Source of the DNA: a virus
Taxonomy: Duplodnaviria; Caudoviricetes
Length of the DNA: 64,000 nucleotides
Virus record (IMG/VR): IMGVR_UViG_3300028048_000064
Location: 1 to 64,000 of that record
Reading direction: 5' to 3' (one strand)
Of this stretch, positions 19,664-28,595 are shown piece by piece. The notes under the pieces are model-generated. The model had not been told where the DNA came from and did no database searches. It saw nothing but the letters and a program-made list of their open reading frames with translations. How positions within the stretch are numbered: position 1 is the first letter of the stretch; each line of letters begins with the position of its first letter. The position numbers were made by a program, and so were the translations under genes.

Positions 19664-20527
19664 ATGGATATTATCAAAGAAAGTGAATTAAAGCAATTAA
19701 TCAAAGAGGCTTTAGCTGAGGTGCTTACAGAGCATGATAATTACTATACCCAATATTCAGATATTGAGGCTGAATTATCACATTATAGAAGAAGTTTCTA
19801 TAATAAAGTTGTTATGCTTTGCTGTGATAAACCTTATATCAGTAAGTTTTGGGAATTTTTCAGTAATAATATGAAGAAACTTAACATTCCTATGGTAGTA
19901 TCTACATTTTGGTCAAATGATAAGGAAATGCCAGCGAAGATGACGATATTAACAAATAATGGCGTAAAGGAAATTAAACTTAAAGGGAATGGTGATTTCT
20001 TGTCTGACGAGGTTAAACAGATAATGAGCTATGTTGATATGGTTGTTACAAATCCGCCATTTGGAAATGGATTATTTTCAAAATTTTTGCAGAGACTCAA
20101 GAATTTGAATAAAAAATTTATTGTAATCGGTCCTACTAAATCTGGTTATGATGGTAAAGTATTTAATATGATTAAGAACGGTGATGTGTCTATTGGTTAT
20201 AATTCTGACATGAAATTTACAGACCAAAGAGATGGCGGTAAGAGAAAACAAGTTCAAAGCACGTGGTTTACAAATATGGAAAAACCACAGAAAGGTAATT
20301 TCAGACAGAGTGGAAATATAAGTAATTACCAAAAGTACGACAATCTCAATGCAATAAACGTAGATTATGTGAAAGATATACCATCAGACTATGATGGAAT
20401 GATTGGTGTTCCACCGTCTGTTATAACAAGTATTGACCTTAATTTATATAAATTAATCGGAAGTTATAGAAATCTTAGAATTAATGGAAAAGTAGTACCA
20501 AAGAGAATTGTGATACAGAAGAAATAG
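19664..20527 (+). CDS. EcoRI-methylase-like adenine DNA methyltransferase with IIKESEL leader
   Basis: YYTQYSDIEAEL, GNGDF, DMVVTNPPF, KKFIVIG, YQKYDNLNAINV, IPSDYDGMIGVP. Confidence 0.75.
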   Translation: MDIIKESELKQLIKEALAEVLTEHDNYYTQYSDIEAELSHYRRSFYNKVVMLCCDKPYISKFWEFFSNNMKKLNIPMVVSTFWSNDKEMPAKMTILTNNGVKEIKLKGNGDFLSDEVKQIMSYVDMVVTNPPFGNGLFSKFLQRLKNLNKKFIVIGPTKSGYDGKVFNMIKNGDVSIGYNSDMKFTDQRDGGKRKQVQSTWFTNMEKPQKGNFRQSGNISNYQKYDNLNAINVDYVKDIPSDYDGMIGVPPSVITSIDLNLYKLIGSYRNLRINGKVVPKRIVIQKK

Positions 20528-20554
20528 TTAGTCATGTACTAAAAAAATCATTGA

Positions 20555-20956
20555 TTATTTCTTTATTCCACTGTCACTTATTGTAATAACTAAGTCCTCA
20601 GCAATTGGTGCAATTAATTCACCTTTTGGAAACGTTAGTCCGTCAACAGTCAAGTTATCATCAAAATTGATTTTAAACTGTCCAATATAAGTACCGGCGG
20701 TATCTGTATCACGTTTGTTCCATCTATATTCAATTACACAAGCATCCTCACAACCGGAATCTTCCTTATCAACAACATATGCTTTTGCATTTGCTATCTT
20801 TTTTACACCGGTTTCCATATTTGTCATTGTAAAAGTTACAGTAGCGGCTTGAAGTGCAAAATAAGCCTTGCGGAAGTCATGTCTTCCGTCATTTATAACC
20901 TCCATACGCAGGTTAGGCAAAGTAGAGCCTTTAGTTAGAAAAAATGTCATTGCCAT
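20555..20956 (-). CDS. Small virion protein, BppU N-terminal-like
   Basis: ATVTFTM...IEYRWNKRDTDTAGTYIGQFKI pattern. Confidence 0.55.
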   Translation of the reverse strand: MAMTFFLTKGSTLPNLRMEVINDGRHDFRKAYFALQAATVTFTMTNMETGVKKIANAKAYVVDKEDSGCEDACVIEYRWNKRDTDTAGTYIGQFKINFDDNLTVDGLTFPKGELIAPIAEDLVITISDSGIKK

Positions 20957-20977
20957 TTTAGATAATTTATATATATT

Positions 20978-20989
20978 ATAAATATTTAT
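20978..20989. promoter_or_regulatory. Overlapping divergent late-motif pair ATAAATATTTAT
   Basis: Palindrome containing TATTTAT on both strands, between two divergent structural genes. Confidence 0.5.
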
Positions 20990-21012
20990 TTTAATAAAGA
21001 TAGTATTGAAAG

Positions 21013-22176
21013 ATGGCTTTAAGCAAGGAAAAAGAAAAACTTTTCAGACAGGTAAGAACACGTTTAGGTATTACTGTACGTTCTGTTGAACTTACAGATG
21101 ATATGCTGTGTGATTTACTTGAACAAGCTGTTGGAGATTATACGGAAAAAGTACAGAATTTCATTATTGAAAGTAACTGGGCACAACTTTATGGTAAAAA
21201 TTTTAATAATCCAATTACTAATCAAGATATTGCTTATGCCCTTACAGCAAGGTCACTTGATATGGTGAAAGAATTTGGGCAATGGTATAGTAAACAAGTA
21301 GGGTTACAACAACAAGGGAAGTGGGAACTTAAAAAAGATTTTTTCAAAATTGAAGAAGGAAAACAAGTTTATTTAGTACCTGCCGGTAGAGAAATCAATA
21401 AAGTACTTTGGGTTACTCCACCAACAACACAAACCGCATTATGGGCTAATTATGGTGGCTTTGCGACTGCTTTCGGTGGCGGTGTGATGGGCCAAATGGG
21501 TCTTGGTGCTGCAAGTGTATTTGGTGGCACCGGAAGTGGATATGGAATGGGTGTCGGAATGTGGGCATTACCATTTGCCGACATTGCAGTTATGGCTGCT
21601 GACTTGTCTTTTAAGAACCAGATGATAAGAAGTGACCTTGTTTATAAAGTAACTGCCGGACCTGATGGTTCACATTTAATTCATCTTTTATCGACACCTG
21701 GAAGTAAATTAACATTTGGTGCAGGAGGATTTCCCGGTATGTATTCACTTAAAGACTGTTATGTTTGGTACACATATTATGATACAAATGAAAACAACGT
21801 TGATGACTGTAGAAAAGAAAACCCATATGTAATATTATCACCAGACCAAGTACCTATGGATGAACTTGATTATGAGTTACTGAATACGCCATCTAAGAAC
21901 ATTGTTCGTCAATTATTGGTCGGTTTAGCTGCTGAAACTTTGGCTGTAATACGTGGAAAATTCAGTGGCAATATCCAAATGTTGAGCAGCCCGGTTCAGA
22001 TGGATTATGGCATGCTCATTTCACTCGGTAATCGTGAAAGGGATAATGCAATGAATGATTTAAAGGAACGTTTACAGCGTATGTCACCTTATGAAACAAT
22101 GAAAAAGAACGCTGATATGGTTGAAGATTTAAAACGTCTTCAGAGTGGTGTTCCTCTTGGAATTTATGTACATTAA
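21013..22176 (+). CDS. Neck protein (T4 gp13-like)
   Basis: VRTRLG...VELTDDML N-terminus, IRGKFSG near C-terminus, ends PLGIYVH. Confidence 0.7.
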   Translation: MALSKEKEKLFRQVRTRLGITVRSVELTDDMLCDLLEQAVGDYTEKVQNFIIESNWAQLYGKNFNNPITNQDIAYALTARSLDMVKEFGQWYSKQVGLQQQGKWELKKDFFKIEEGKQVYLVPAGREINKVLWVTPPTTQTALWANYGGFATAFGGGVMGQMGLGAASVFGGTGSGYGMGVGMWALPFADIAVMAADLSFKNQMIRSDLVYKVTAGPDGSHLIHLLSTPGSKLTFGAGGFPGMYSLKDCYVWYTYYDTNENNVDDCRKENPYVILSPDQVPMDELDYELLNTPSKNIVRQLLVGLAAETLAVIRGKFSGNIQMLSSPVQMDYGMLISLGNRERDNAMNDLKERLQRMSPYETMKKNADMVEDLKRLQSGVPLGIYVH

Positions 22177-22208
22177 TTTAAAAAATAATTCTTTAAATAT
22201 AAAAAATT

Positions 22209-22466
22209 ATGAAGATTATAGACGATATTGTTAAGAAATTTGGTGTAGATAAGATTTTACACTTTTTAGGTGGTGGATGGATTACATCTGCATTTTCTCC
22301 TATTGGTTGGTGGGGTATTCTCATCGGTTTTATTGTAATGTTTGTATTGAGTGTAATTAAAGAGAAGTTCCTTGATACATTCTTTGATTGGACGGATATT
22401 ATTGCTGCTACTTGTGGTAGTGCTACTGCTGCTGTAATCTATTTGATTTTAAGTTGGATAATTTAG
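22209..22466 (+). CDS. Small membrane protein (VanZ-like DKxLH motif)
   Basis: DKILHF...KE...DWTDIIA with 2-3 TM segments. Confidence 0.65.
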   Translation: MKIIDDIVKKFGVDKILHFLGGGWITSAFSPIGWWGILIGFIVMFVLSVIKEKFLDTFFDWTDIIAATCGSATAAVIYLILSWII

Positions 22467-22467
22467 T

Positions 22468-23169
22468 ATGATTATTAAATTAACTGAAAGTCAATACGAT
22501 GATATATTAAACGACCCATTGCTCGATGATAACAATGAATTTTCCATTGATGTTCTGAAGGCAATGGATTGGAAAAACTGTCATGAACTTGATGCTTATT
22601 GCCAAAGATGTGGTTTATCACGTCTTGGCAGTGGCATTGGGCGAATTGTTTATGCTCTTGATGATAATCTTGTGATTAAGGTAGCAAATGGAAGCCATGA
22701 CCAAAACGAGGGTGAGGTTTTTGCTTATAGGAATATGTCAGATGAAATGAGGGAAATGGTTCCTACAATATTTGATTATGACAAAAGTCATTTAAGACCG
22801 ATGTGGATTATTACTGAGCGTGTTTTACCGGCATCTTATGCTGATTTTCAGAAAATTCTTGGAATGGATTTTGGTAGTTATCAGAGTCAACAAGATATAA
22901 AAGACATGAATAATGATTTGAAGTCATATGAAAAGTATCCAACCTATAAGGGTAATGGTTTAAACCTCATGTTATTTCTTGAAGATTACGGAGAGGGAGA
23001 TATATCATTATATATGAATGACTTGAAACACAACGAATGGCTAAATACTTTATGCAAAATGTTAAACCAAGGTTTTGTATCTTATTGGGAACTTGAAAAT
23101 ATTGAGAATTGGGGATTGGTTCACAGAAATGGTAAAACAAGTATTGTTATACTTGATACCGGTATGTAA
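22468..23169 (+). CDS. Protein-kinase-like fold protein with IIKLTESQ leader
   Basis: LGSGIGRIVY, VIKVA, QNEGE, WIITERV, ENWG, ILDTG. Confidence 0.65.
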   Translation: MIIKLTESQYDDILNDPLLDDNNEFSIDVLKAMDWKNCHELDAYCQRCGLSRLGSGIGRIVYALDDNLVIKVANGSHDQNEGEVFAYRNMSDEMREMVPTIFDYDKSHLRPMWIITERVLPASYADFQKILGMDFGSYQSQQDIKDMNNDLKSYEKYPTYKGNGLNLMLFLEDYGEGDISLYMNDLKHNEWLNTLCKMLNQGFVSYWELENIENWGLVHRNGKTSIVILDTGM

Positions 23170-23174
23170 TATAA

Positions 23175-23621
23175 TCATGTAGCAAACTTTAACCTCATAT
23201 CTCTCATTGCAAACATTGTCTCAACATCGTCGTATTTATCTCCAAAGTGTATTACAATTCTGCATGGTTCTGGATATTCTTCTGCTTCATCAAGGTTTTC
23301 ATAAGCTAATGCTACGATTTGGTCACGACAGTCCTGCATACTGAAGCAGCAATTATCTTGTGCTAAGTCCAATTTAATATTTGTTTTAAGTTCCTTGACA
23401 TAATCATACATTGTGTCATCTATCATTAACATTTCAAGCCTTTCATTGCAACTTGGCTTTTCAGACCAACCATCTGCAAATGTATCTTCTGTATTTTCCG
23501 ATAAAAGGAAATGGTATATGTTAAAACCATCGCTGTTTTTACCGATATATAGAACAAATACAACTTTTAAGTTAGATGTATCTGTAAATTCCATATCCAT
23601 TATATTACTTTTTTCTTCCAT
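23175..23621 (-). CDS. Hypothetical protein
   Basis: 148-aa acidic ORF immediately downstream of the exonuclease gene. Confidence 0.75.
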   Translation of the reverse strand: MEEKSNIMDMEFTDTSNLKVVFVLYIGKNSDGFNIYHFLLSENTEDTFADGWSEKPSCNERLEMLMIDDTMYDYVKELKTNIKLDLAQDNCCFSMQDCRDQIVALAYENLDEAEEYPEPCRIVIHFGDKYDDVETMFAMRDMRLKFAT

Positions 23622-23625
23622 ATTT

Positions 23626-24132
23626 TTAGTCTGTAAGTAAATATTTTTCCCTTATTTTACAATATATTTCTCCACAAGCTCTGGCATCGTCTAATGCATT
23701 GTGGTGATGTTTTAATTTTATCTTTAATCTTCTGCAAACAGTATCAAGTTGATAGTTATACATGTTTTTTAAATACTCTCTGCTAAGTTTAAGTGTATCA
23801 ATGTATTCATAATTATTGTTTGTACCAAATTCCTCATTACAAGCATTAATACAACTTTTTTCAAACCCAACATTATGTGCTACAATTGGGCTGTCACCAA
23901 TCATTTTATCAACTTTTTCCCATACTTCGGCAAAAGGTGGTGCATTTTTTACATCTTTGTAGTGTAAACCATGTACCTTAACACAGTGATATTCTTCAAG
24001 TTGAGTTGGCGGACAGACAAGTGAGTAAAACTCATCTATTATTTTTCCATCTTCAAATATAACACATGACAGACTGCATACAGAAGCACGCCAATGTTCA
24101 AGTGTTTCAAAATCTATTGCTGCAAATCTCAT
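23626..24132 (-). CDS. DEDDh 3'-5' exonuclease (DnaQ/epsilon-like)
   Basis: IDFET, VAHNVGFE, IDTL, HHNALDDARAC. Confidence 0.9.
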   Translation of the reverse strand: MRFAAIDFETLEHWRASVCSLSCVIFEDGKIIDEFYSLVCPPTQLEEYHCVKVHGLHYKDVKNAPPFAEVWEKVDKMIGDSPIVAHNVGFEKSCINACNEEFGTNNNYEYIDTLKLSREYLKNMYNYQLDTVCRRLKIKLKHHHNALDDARACGEIYCKIREKYLLTD

Positions 24133-24223
24133 TGTTTCTCTGTTAGAATTATATATTTGTCTTCAAGGTCATCATATTATGAAATAAGGTCAAACCACTC
24201 TTCGTGTAATTTATTGTATTCTT

Positions 24224-26233
24224 TTATTTATCCTTTTCTGATTTTATTGTTTCATCCATTACAAGGCCTTTACGTAATACTTTTTCGAACATGTCTTGCG
24301 ATATTGAGTCAGTGAATAACTGATAGATACACAGAGCATCCTCTTTTTGTGTTATTCTGTATATACGGTCTTGCATCTGTCTGTTTGATGTTTCAAGCCA
24401 ACTGTAACTATTGAATACCATTATATGTGATGCAGTAAGAGTTAAACCAACACCGGCTGATTCAATCTGACCTATAAACACTTTGATTTTGGGATTTTCC
24501 ATGAAATCCTTTTCGGATTTATCCTTTTGTTTTGGTGTCATTTTACCGTCATAGACAACTGCTTGTTTGCCGTAGTATTCCTTAAATGCATTGATTTCAC
24601 TTGCATAATTGCATGCAATAATGACTTTTTCTCCATCTTCTATGTAATCATTTACAAGTGCAATTGTATTTGGAACCATTTCCTTAGCAAGGAACTGCCT
24701 TACCAATGTACCTTCAACCAATTGTCTGTATTCTTCATTGGTATTATCACCATTTTCCTCTTGTGCTGCAACATATTCATCCCATAGTCTGTTATATTCT
24801 TCCTTTTGTTTTTCATCAAGGTCATAATAACGTGTATCAAGATACTTATTCACCATGCCACCAATATCTGATGCAAGTCTTCTGATGTAGATATGTTTTA
24901 TTTTTTCTCTCAATTCATCAAGATTTGATGAGCCTTTCGGTATAATGAATGTTTGGGCATGGTCTTTTATAAAACTATATGCAATAGCTTTTCCTTGACG
25001 TGACATGGCATCCCATTTTGTATGATATGTCTTTTCATATACAGACAACCATTTATTCCATTCACCAGGTTTAAACATTTCTTGTCCTTCACAGTATGTC
25101 TTGATGTAATACTCGTAATCTTTTGTAACATCGGCATCAATCAGTCGTAAAATGTAATACAAATTCATTGGTGTATTTGTCAATGGAGTACCAGTTACAA
25201 GAAATACGTGTCCGATATTTGATTTTCTAAGGAAGTCATAAATAACCTTGTATCTGTTGGATGTATTATTTGATAGTTTCTGTGCTTCATCAATAATAAC
25301 ACAGTCAAAATTTGAAGTAAACAAAGGACTATTAAGCAATGCTTTCTGGATATCAACTTTTTTGTTTGATTTAACTTGCTTATTAACCATCTTGCCTGTT
25401 TTTTTATCTTTAATCATTACAGGTACTTTCAGTTTCTCCACTTCACCGTTCTTGCCTTGTATTTCTTCTATTCTATATTCATTCTCATAAGGGATTTCAT
25501 AATAGTTTTGAACAATGTCATAGTTGATTACTGTGAATTTACCTGTCGAACCATCCCATTTTGAACCACTTATAACCACAATGTCATTTGGGTCTTCAAA
25601 TAATGATATTTCACGTTTCCATGTTGATTTAAGCGATGCTGTTGTTATAACAAGAATTTTCTTACAACCACTGCAAATGGCTGATACACAGGCACTTACA
25701 CTTTTGCCCAAGCCCATGCTATCTGCTAAAATACATTTTTTATTAGCAACAAGGAATTTAACGGCTTCTTCCTGATGGGGCTTTAATTTCATTCCGTGTA
25801 ATGCTAATTTTTCATTATATGGGGTAAAATCTATATCAAGTGAATTATGGTCAATAACATGCAATGGCGTAAGAATTTGCCTTTTATTAATATACATTAA
25901 TAACGGTTGTACAGATTGTCTATATTGAGCATAACAGTGATATGAATTTTTCATTTCTCCGATGATTGAAACAATTTTAAGTTTTTCGGGTACAAAGTCA
26001 AGCCCATATTTTTCTTTCAACTGCTGTCCATATTCTGATGTAATCTTTACCACTTTGTTTAGATGTTCAACTTGGTAGTCCTTGTTGCAGAGTATGTATT
26101 CTGTATCAAACCCACCCTCTGTAAGAATGAGTTTATGAAGGGAATGCATTTTCTTATAGTATAGAATTTGATTATTCTCTCCGTTATATTCCTCAATAAT
26201 CCTATATGCTTTACTTATTGAACTTTCTTTCAT
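24224..26233 (-). CDS. SNF2-family (HARP/SMARCAL1-like) helicase
   Basis: LKPHQ, LADSMGLGKS, IIDEAQ, TGTP, AGVGLTLT, QMQDRIYRITQ. Confidence 0.9.
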   Translation of the reverse strand: MKESSISKAYRIIEEYNGENNQILYYKKMHSLHKLILTEGGFDTEYILCNKDYQVEHLNKVVKITSEYGQQLKEKYGLDFVPEKLKIVSIIGEMKNSYHCYAQYRQSVQPLLMYINKRQILTPLHVIDHNSLDIDFTPYNEKLALHGMKLKPHQEEAVKFLVANKKCILADSMGLGKSVSACVSAICSGCKKILVITTASLKSTWKREISLFEDPNDIVVISGSKWDGSTGKFTVINYDIVQNYYEIPYENEYRIEEIQGKNGEVEKLKVPVMIKDKKTGKMVNKQVKSNKKVDIQKALLNSPLFTSNFDCVIIDEAQKLSNNTSNRYKVIYDFLRKSNIGHVFLVTGTPLTNTPMNLYYILRLIDADVTKDYEYYIKTYCEGQEMFKPGEWNKWLSVYEKTYHTKWDAMSRQGKAIAYSFIKDHAQTFIIPKGSSNLDELREKIKHIYIRRLASDIGGMVNKYLDTRYYDLDEKQKEEYNRLWDEYVAAQEENGDNTNEEYRQLVEGTLVRQFLAKEMVPNTIALVNDYIEDGEKVIIACNYASEINAFKEYYGKQAVVYDGKMTPKQKDKSEKDFMENPKIKVFIGQIESAGVGLTLTASHIMVFNSYSWLETSNRQMQDRIYRITQKEDALCIYQLFTDSISQDMFEKVLRKGLVMDETIKSEKDK

Positions 26234-26261
26234 TTTTTGCTAAAATTCTCTTTCTTTGGCG

Positions 26262-26293
26262 CAAATATACTATTTTTGTTTTAAACTTCCAAA
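26262..26293 (-). promoter_or_regulatory. Bacteroidetes-type promoter of the helicase operon
   Basis: Minus strand TTTG-N20-TAtaTTTG. Confidence 0.75.
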
Positions 26294-26319
26294 CTATTTA
26301 TAGAAAAATTTACTGGAAT

Positions 26320-26844
26320 ATGCCAAATAATTTAAATACACCGATAACAAGGAACAATAAATTCTACTCTCAAGATGATTTTGAGTATGAAACAGACCTT
26401 CTGATGGAATACCTTGAAGAAGATTTGAACCAGACTGTTGTGGTGTATGAAGTTGATAGACAAAAAACAAATGTAAATGCAGTCTATAAAGAGGCAAAGG
26501 ATGGACAAATTAGATTTAAACCGCCAAAGGAAATACCTTGTATGTACGAACTGAAAGACGCTGATATTAAGACTTATGACTCAAAAACCAATACAGGTGT
26601 ATATGTTGTCAATGGTAACTTGATATTGCATGTTATGCCGAAAATACTTGAAAAATATAAATGTGATATTAGACGTGGTGATTATATTGGCCTTCAAATT
26701 GATACAAACAGAATGGTCTATTTTTCGGTGGTAAATGATGGAAAGGTTAATACAGCAAATCGTTTCTATGTTGGTGCATATAAAGTTGCATGGATGGAAG
26801 TTATTTGTGCTCCTGTGCCTATGAATGAATTTAATGGAGAGTAA
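26320..26844 (+). CDS. Head closure/neck protein (gp14-like), likely start ATG 26320
   Basis: VVYEVD...NAVYKEA...F.PPKEI...DIRRGDYI; TATTTAT at 26295; the track start at 26206 overlaps the helicase gene. Confidence 0.6.
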   Translation: MPNNLNTPITRNNKFYSQDDFEYETDLLMEYLEEDLNQTVVVYEVDRQKTNVNAVYKEAKDGQIRFKPPKEIPCMYELKDADIKTYDSKTNTGVYVVNGNLILHVMPKILEKYKCDIRRGDYIGLQIDTNRMVYFSVVNDGKVNTANRFYVGAYKVAWMEVICAPVPMNEFNGE

Positions 26845-26853
26845 AATACGGTC

Positions 26854-27990
26854 ATGACTAAAATACAGCCCAAAAAGAGTATAACACCAATAAAATTCCG
26901 AAATAAAACATACGGAACTGAAAGACGAAGAGATATGGCACGTGAAATTCTGTATAAAGAAACGGAATTTCCAAAGCCTTTAAATTATGATGACATAGAT
27001 TTCGCTTTTGAGGAATTTGTGAAGGAAAATGTGGCTAAATTTGAAAATACTGCTTATCCTGTATTTACTCTTTACAGCAATCAGAGATTTTCAGAATATA
27101 CACAGAATTGGCAGCACACTGATGAGGAAGGTAATCTGCTTTTGAATTTTGTAACTGTTAATAGGGATAATAATCCCAAACCAGGTTCTAATCAAGGTGA
27201 ACTGTGGAATATACCCGGTAACAGATATTATACTATGCTTGTAAAAGATGTTCTTGATGATAATGGAACAGAAAGTTATGAAGTCTATTCAATGAAACAA
27301 CCATATGCCGTCGATTTAACTTATAGGATAAATTTCATGACTTCAACTTATGAGAATATCAATGCTTTCAATAACCATATCAATGATTTATTCAAGGCAA
27401 GACAAGTGTATATACGTCCAAACGGCCATTATATCCCTATGATTGTTGAGGAAGTCAATGATGAAACCTCATACAGTATTGATGAACGTAGATTTTTCTT
27501 GCAATCAATTGGAATTAAAGTGATGGCATATATCATCAACAAGGAAGATTTCAAGATTGAGAAAAAACCTAAACGCATCATGATGTTTATGGAAGGTGAT
27601 ACAAAACGTCCGTCACCTACGGTTGATATTGATGAATACACAACTGATAACCCTTTGAAGTATCTTGCATTAGACCTTACAGTTGGTTTAGAGTCATATC
27701 ATGATAAAGTCGAATTTGACATTGATACAGATATGAATGTCGAAACAATTGAAAGGGAAAATATCAGAAGTATGAGAATATTTGTAAATGATACAATGTA
27801 TTTTACCGATAAAGGATTTAAACTTAAAAACGGTGATAATGTAAAAATCAAGGTCAATAAGTTTGATGATGCTGATACTGCTAAGATTGTTTTTAAGGGA
27901 TATAACCCAAATGTGACATATAACTCTGAATATGTTCCCGAAAAAGCATCTGATGAAGTTGTTAAACAAGAATCAATAATTGTTGAATAA
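26854..27990 (+). CDS. Tail terminator/completion protein (gp15-like)
   Basis: Position between neck and sheath; DDIDFAF...QPYAVDLTYRINF pattern. Confidence 0.55.
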   Translation: MTKIQPKKSITPIKFRNKTYGTERRRDMAREILYKETEFPKPLNYDDIDFAFEEFVKENVAKFENTAYPVFTLYSNQRFSEYTQNWQHTDEEGNLLLNFVTVNRDNNPKPGSNQGELWNIPGNRYYTMLVKDVLDDNGTESYEVYSMKQPYAVDLTYRINFMTSTYENINAFNNHINDLFKARQVYIRPNGHYIPMIVEEVNDETSYSIDERRFFLQSIGIKVMAYIINKEDFKIEKKPKRIMMFMEGDTKRPSPTVDIDEYTTDNPLKYLALDLTVGLESYHDKVEFDIDTDMNVETIERENIRSMRIFVNDTMYFTDKGFKLKNGDNVKIKVNKFDDADTAKIVFKGYNPNVTYNSEYVPEKASDEVVKQESIIVE

Positions 27991-28067
27991 TAAAAAAAAT
28001 CAATTAATATTGAAAAATTTTCCCAGTACTAGGTACCATAACGTAGTAGACTAATGCTAAAGTTAAC

Positions 28068-28117
28068 AAATTTTTATTTTTTAATAAATAAAAATTTAGG
28101 TCCTAGTATCTAGGACC
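28068..28117. repeat. Two tandem perfect inverted repeats in an intergenic region
   Basis: aaatttttattt-N6-aaataaaaattt (28068-28097) and ggtcctag-tat-ctaggacc (28099-28117). Confidence 0.85.
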
Positions 28118-28162
28118 AAAAGAAATAAAGAAAATATATAAAAGAAAAAAGAAAAGATAGAA

Positions 28163-28519
28163 ATGACGTGCATCGGACAGATTTATAAATTCATAGAGGC
28201 AAACCGTTCATTGGAAAAACTTGTTTCACAGAATAATGAATATCCAATCAAGACTGCTTATAAGTTAATAATAACAAAAAAGTTGCTTGACGAGGCTATA
28301 GATTATGTTATGAGCCGTTTTACAGATGTATGTGGAGGCAATGTAGATTTTGAAAACTTAACAGATAGTCAGAACGCAGTATTAAATGAAATTTTATCAC
28401 AAGATATGGAAATTGAATTACCTGATATAAATCCCGAAGACATATTTACATCAGAGAAAATAACAGTTTCTACAACTGATGTAGAGAATATTTTGTTTCT
28501 TCTCAGAAAAAACAACTAA
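28163..28519 (+). CDS. Hypothetical protein
   Basis: 118-aa ORF with A-rich initiation region. Confidence 0.7.
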   Translation: MTCIGQIYKFIEANRSLEKLVSQNNEYPIKTAYKLIITKKLLDEAIDYVMSRFTDVCGGNVDFENLTDSQNAVLNEILSQDMEIELPDINPEDIFTSEKITVSTTDVENILFLLRKNN

Positions 28520-28595
28520 TAAATATCAGATACACGTACTTTTAGGTTTCTAAATGATATTTATTATAAAATAATTCGTTAAATAAAACAGAATA

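Noticed and set aside
26206-26319. N-terminal extension of the gp14-like ORF
   Set aside because: It overlaps the helicase start and its promoter; ATG 26320, after TATTTAT, is more plausible.
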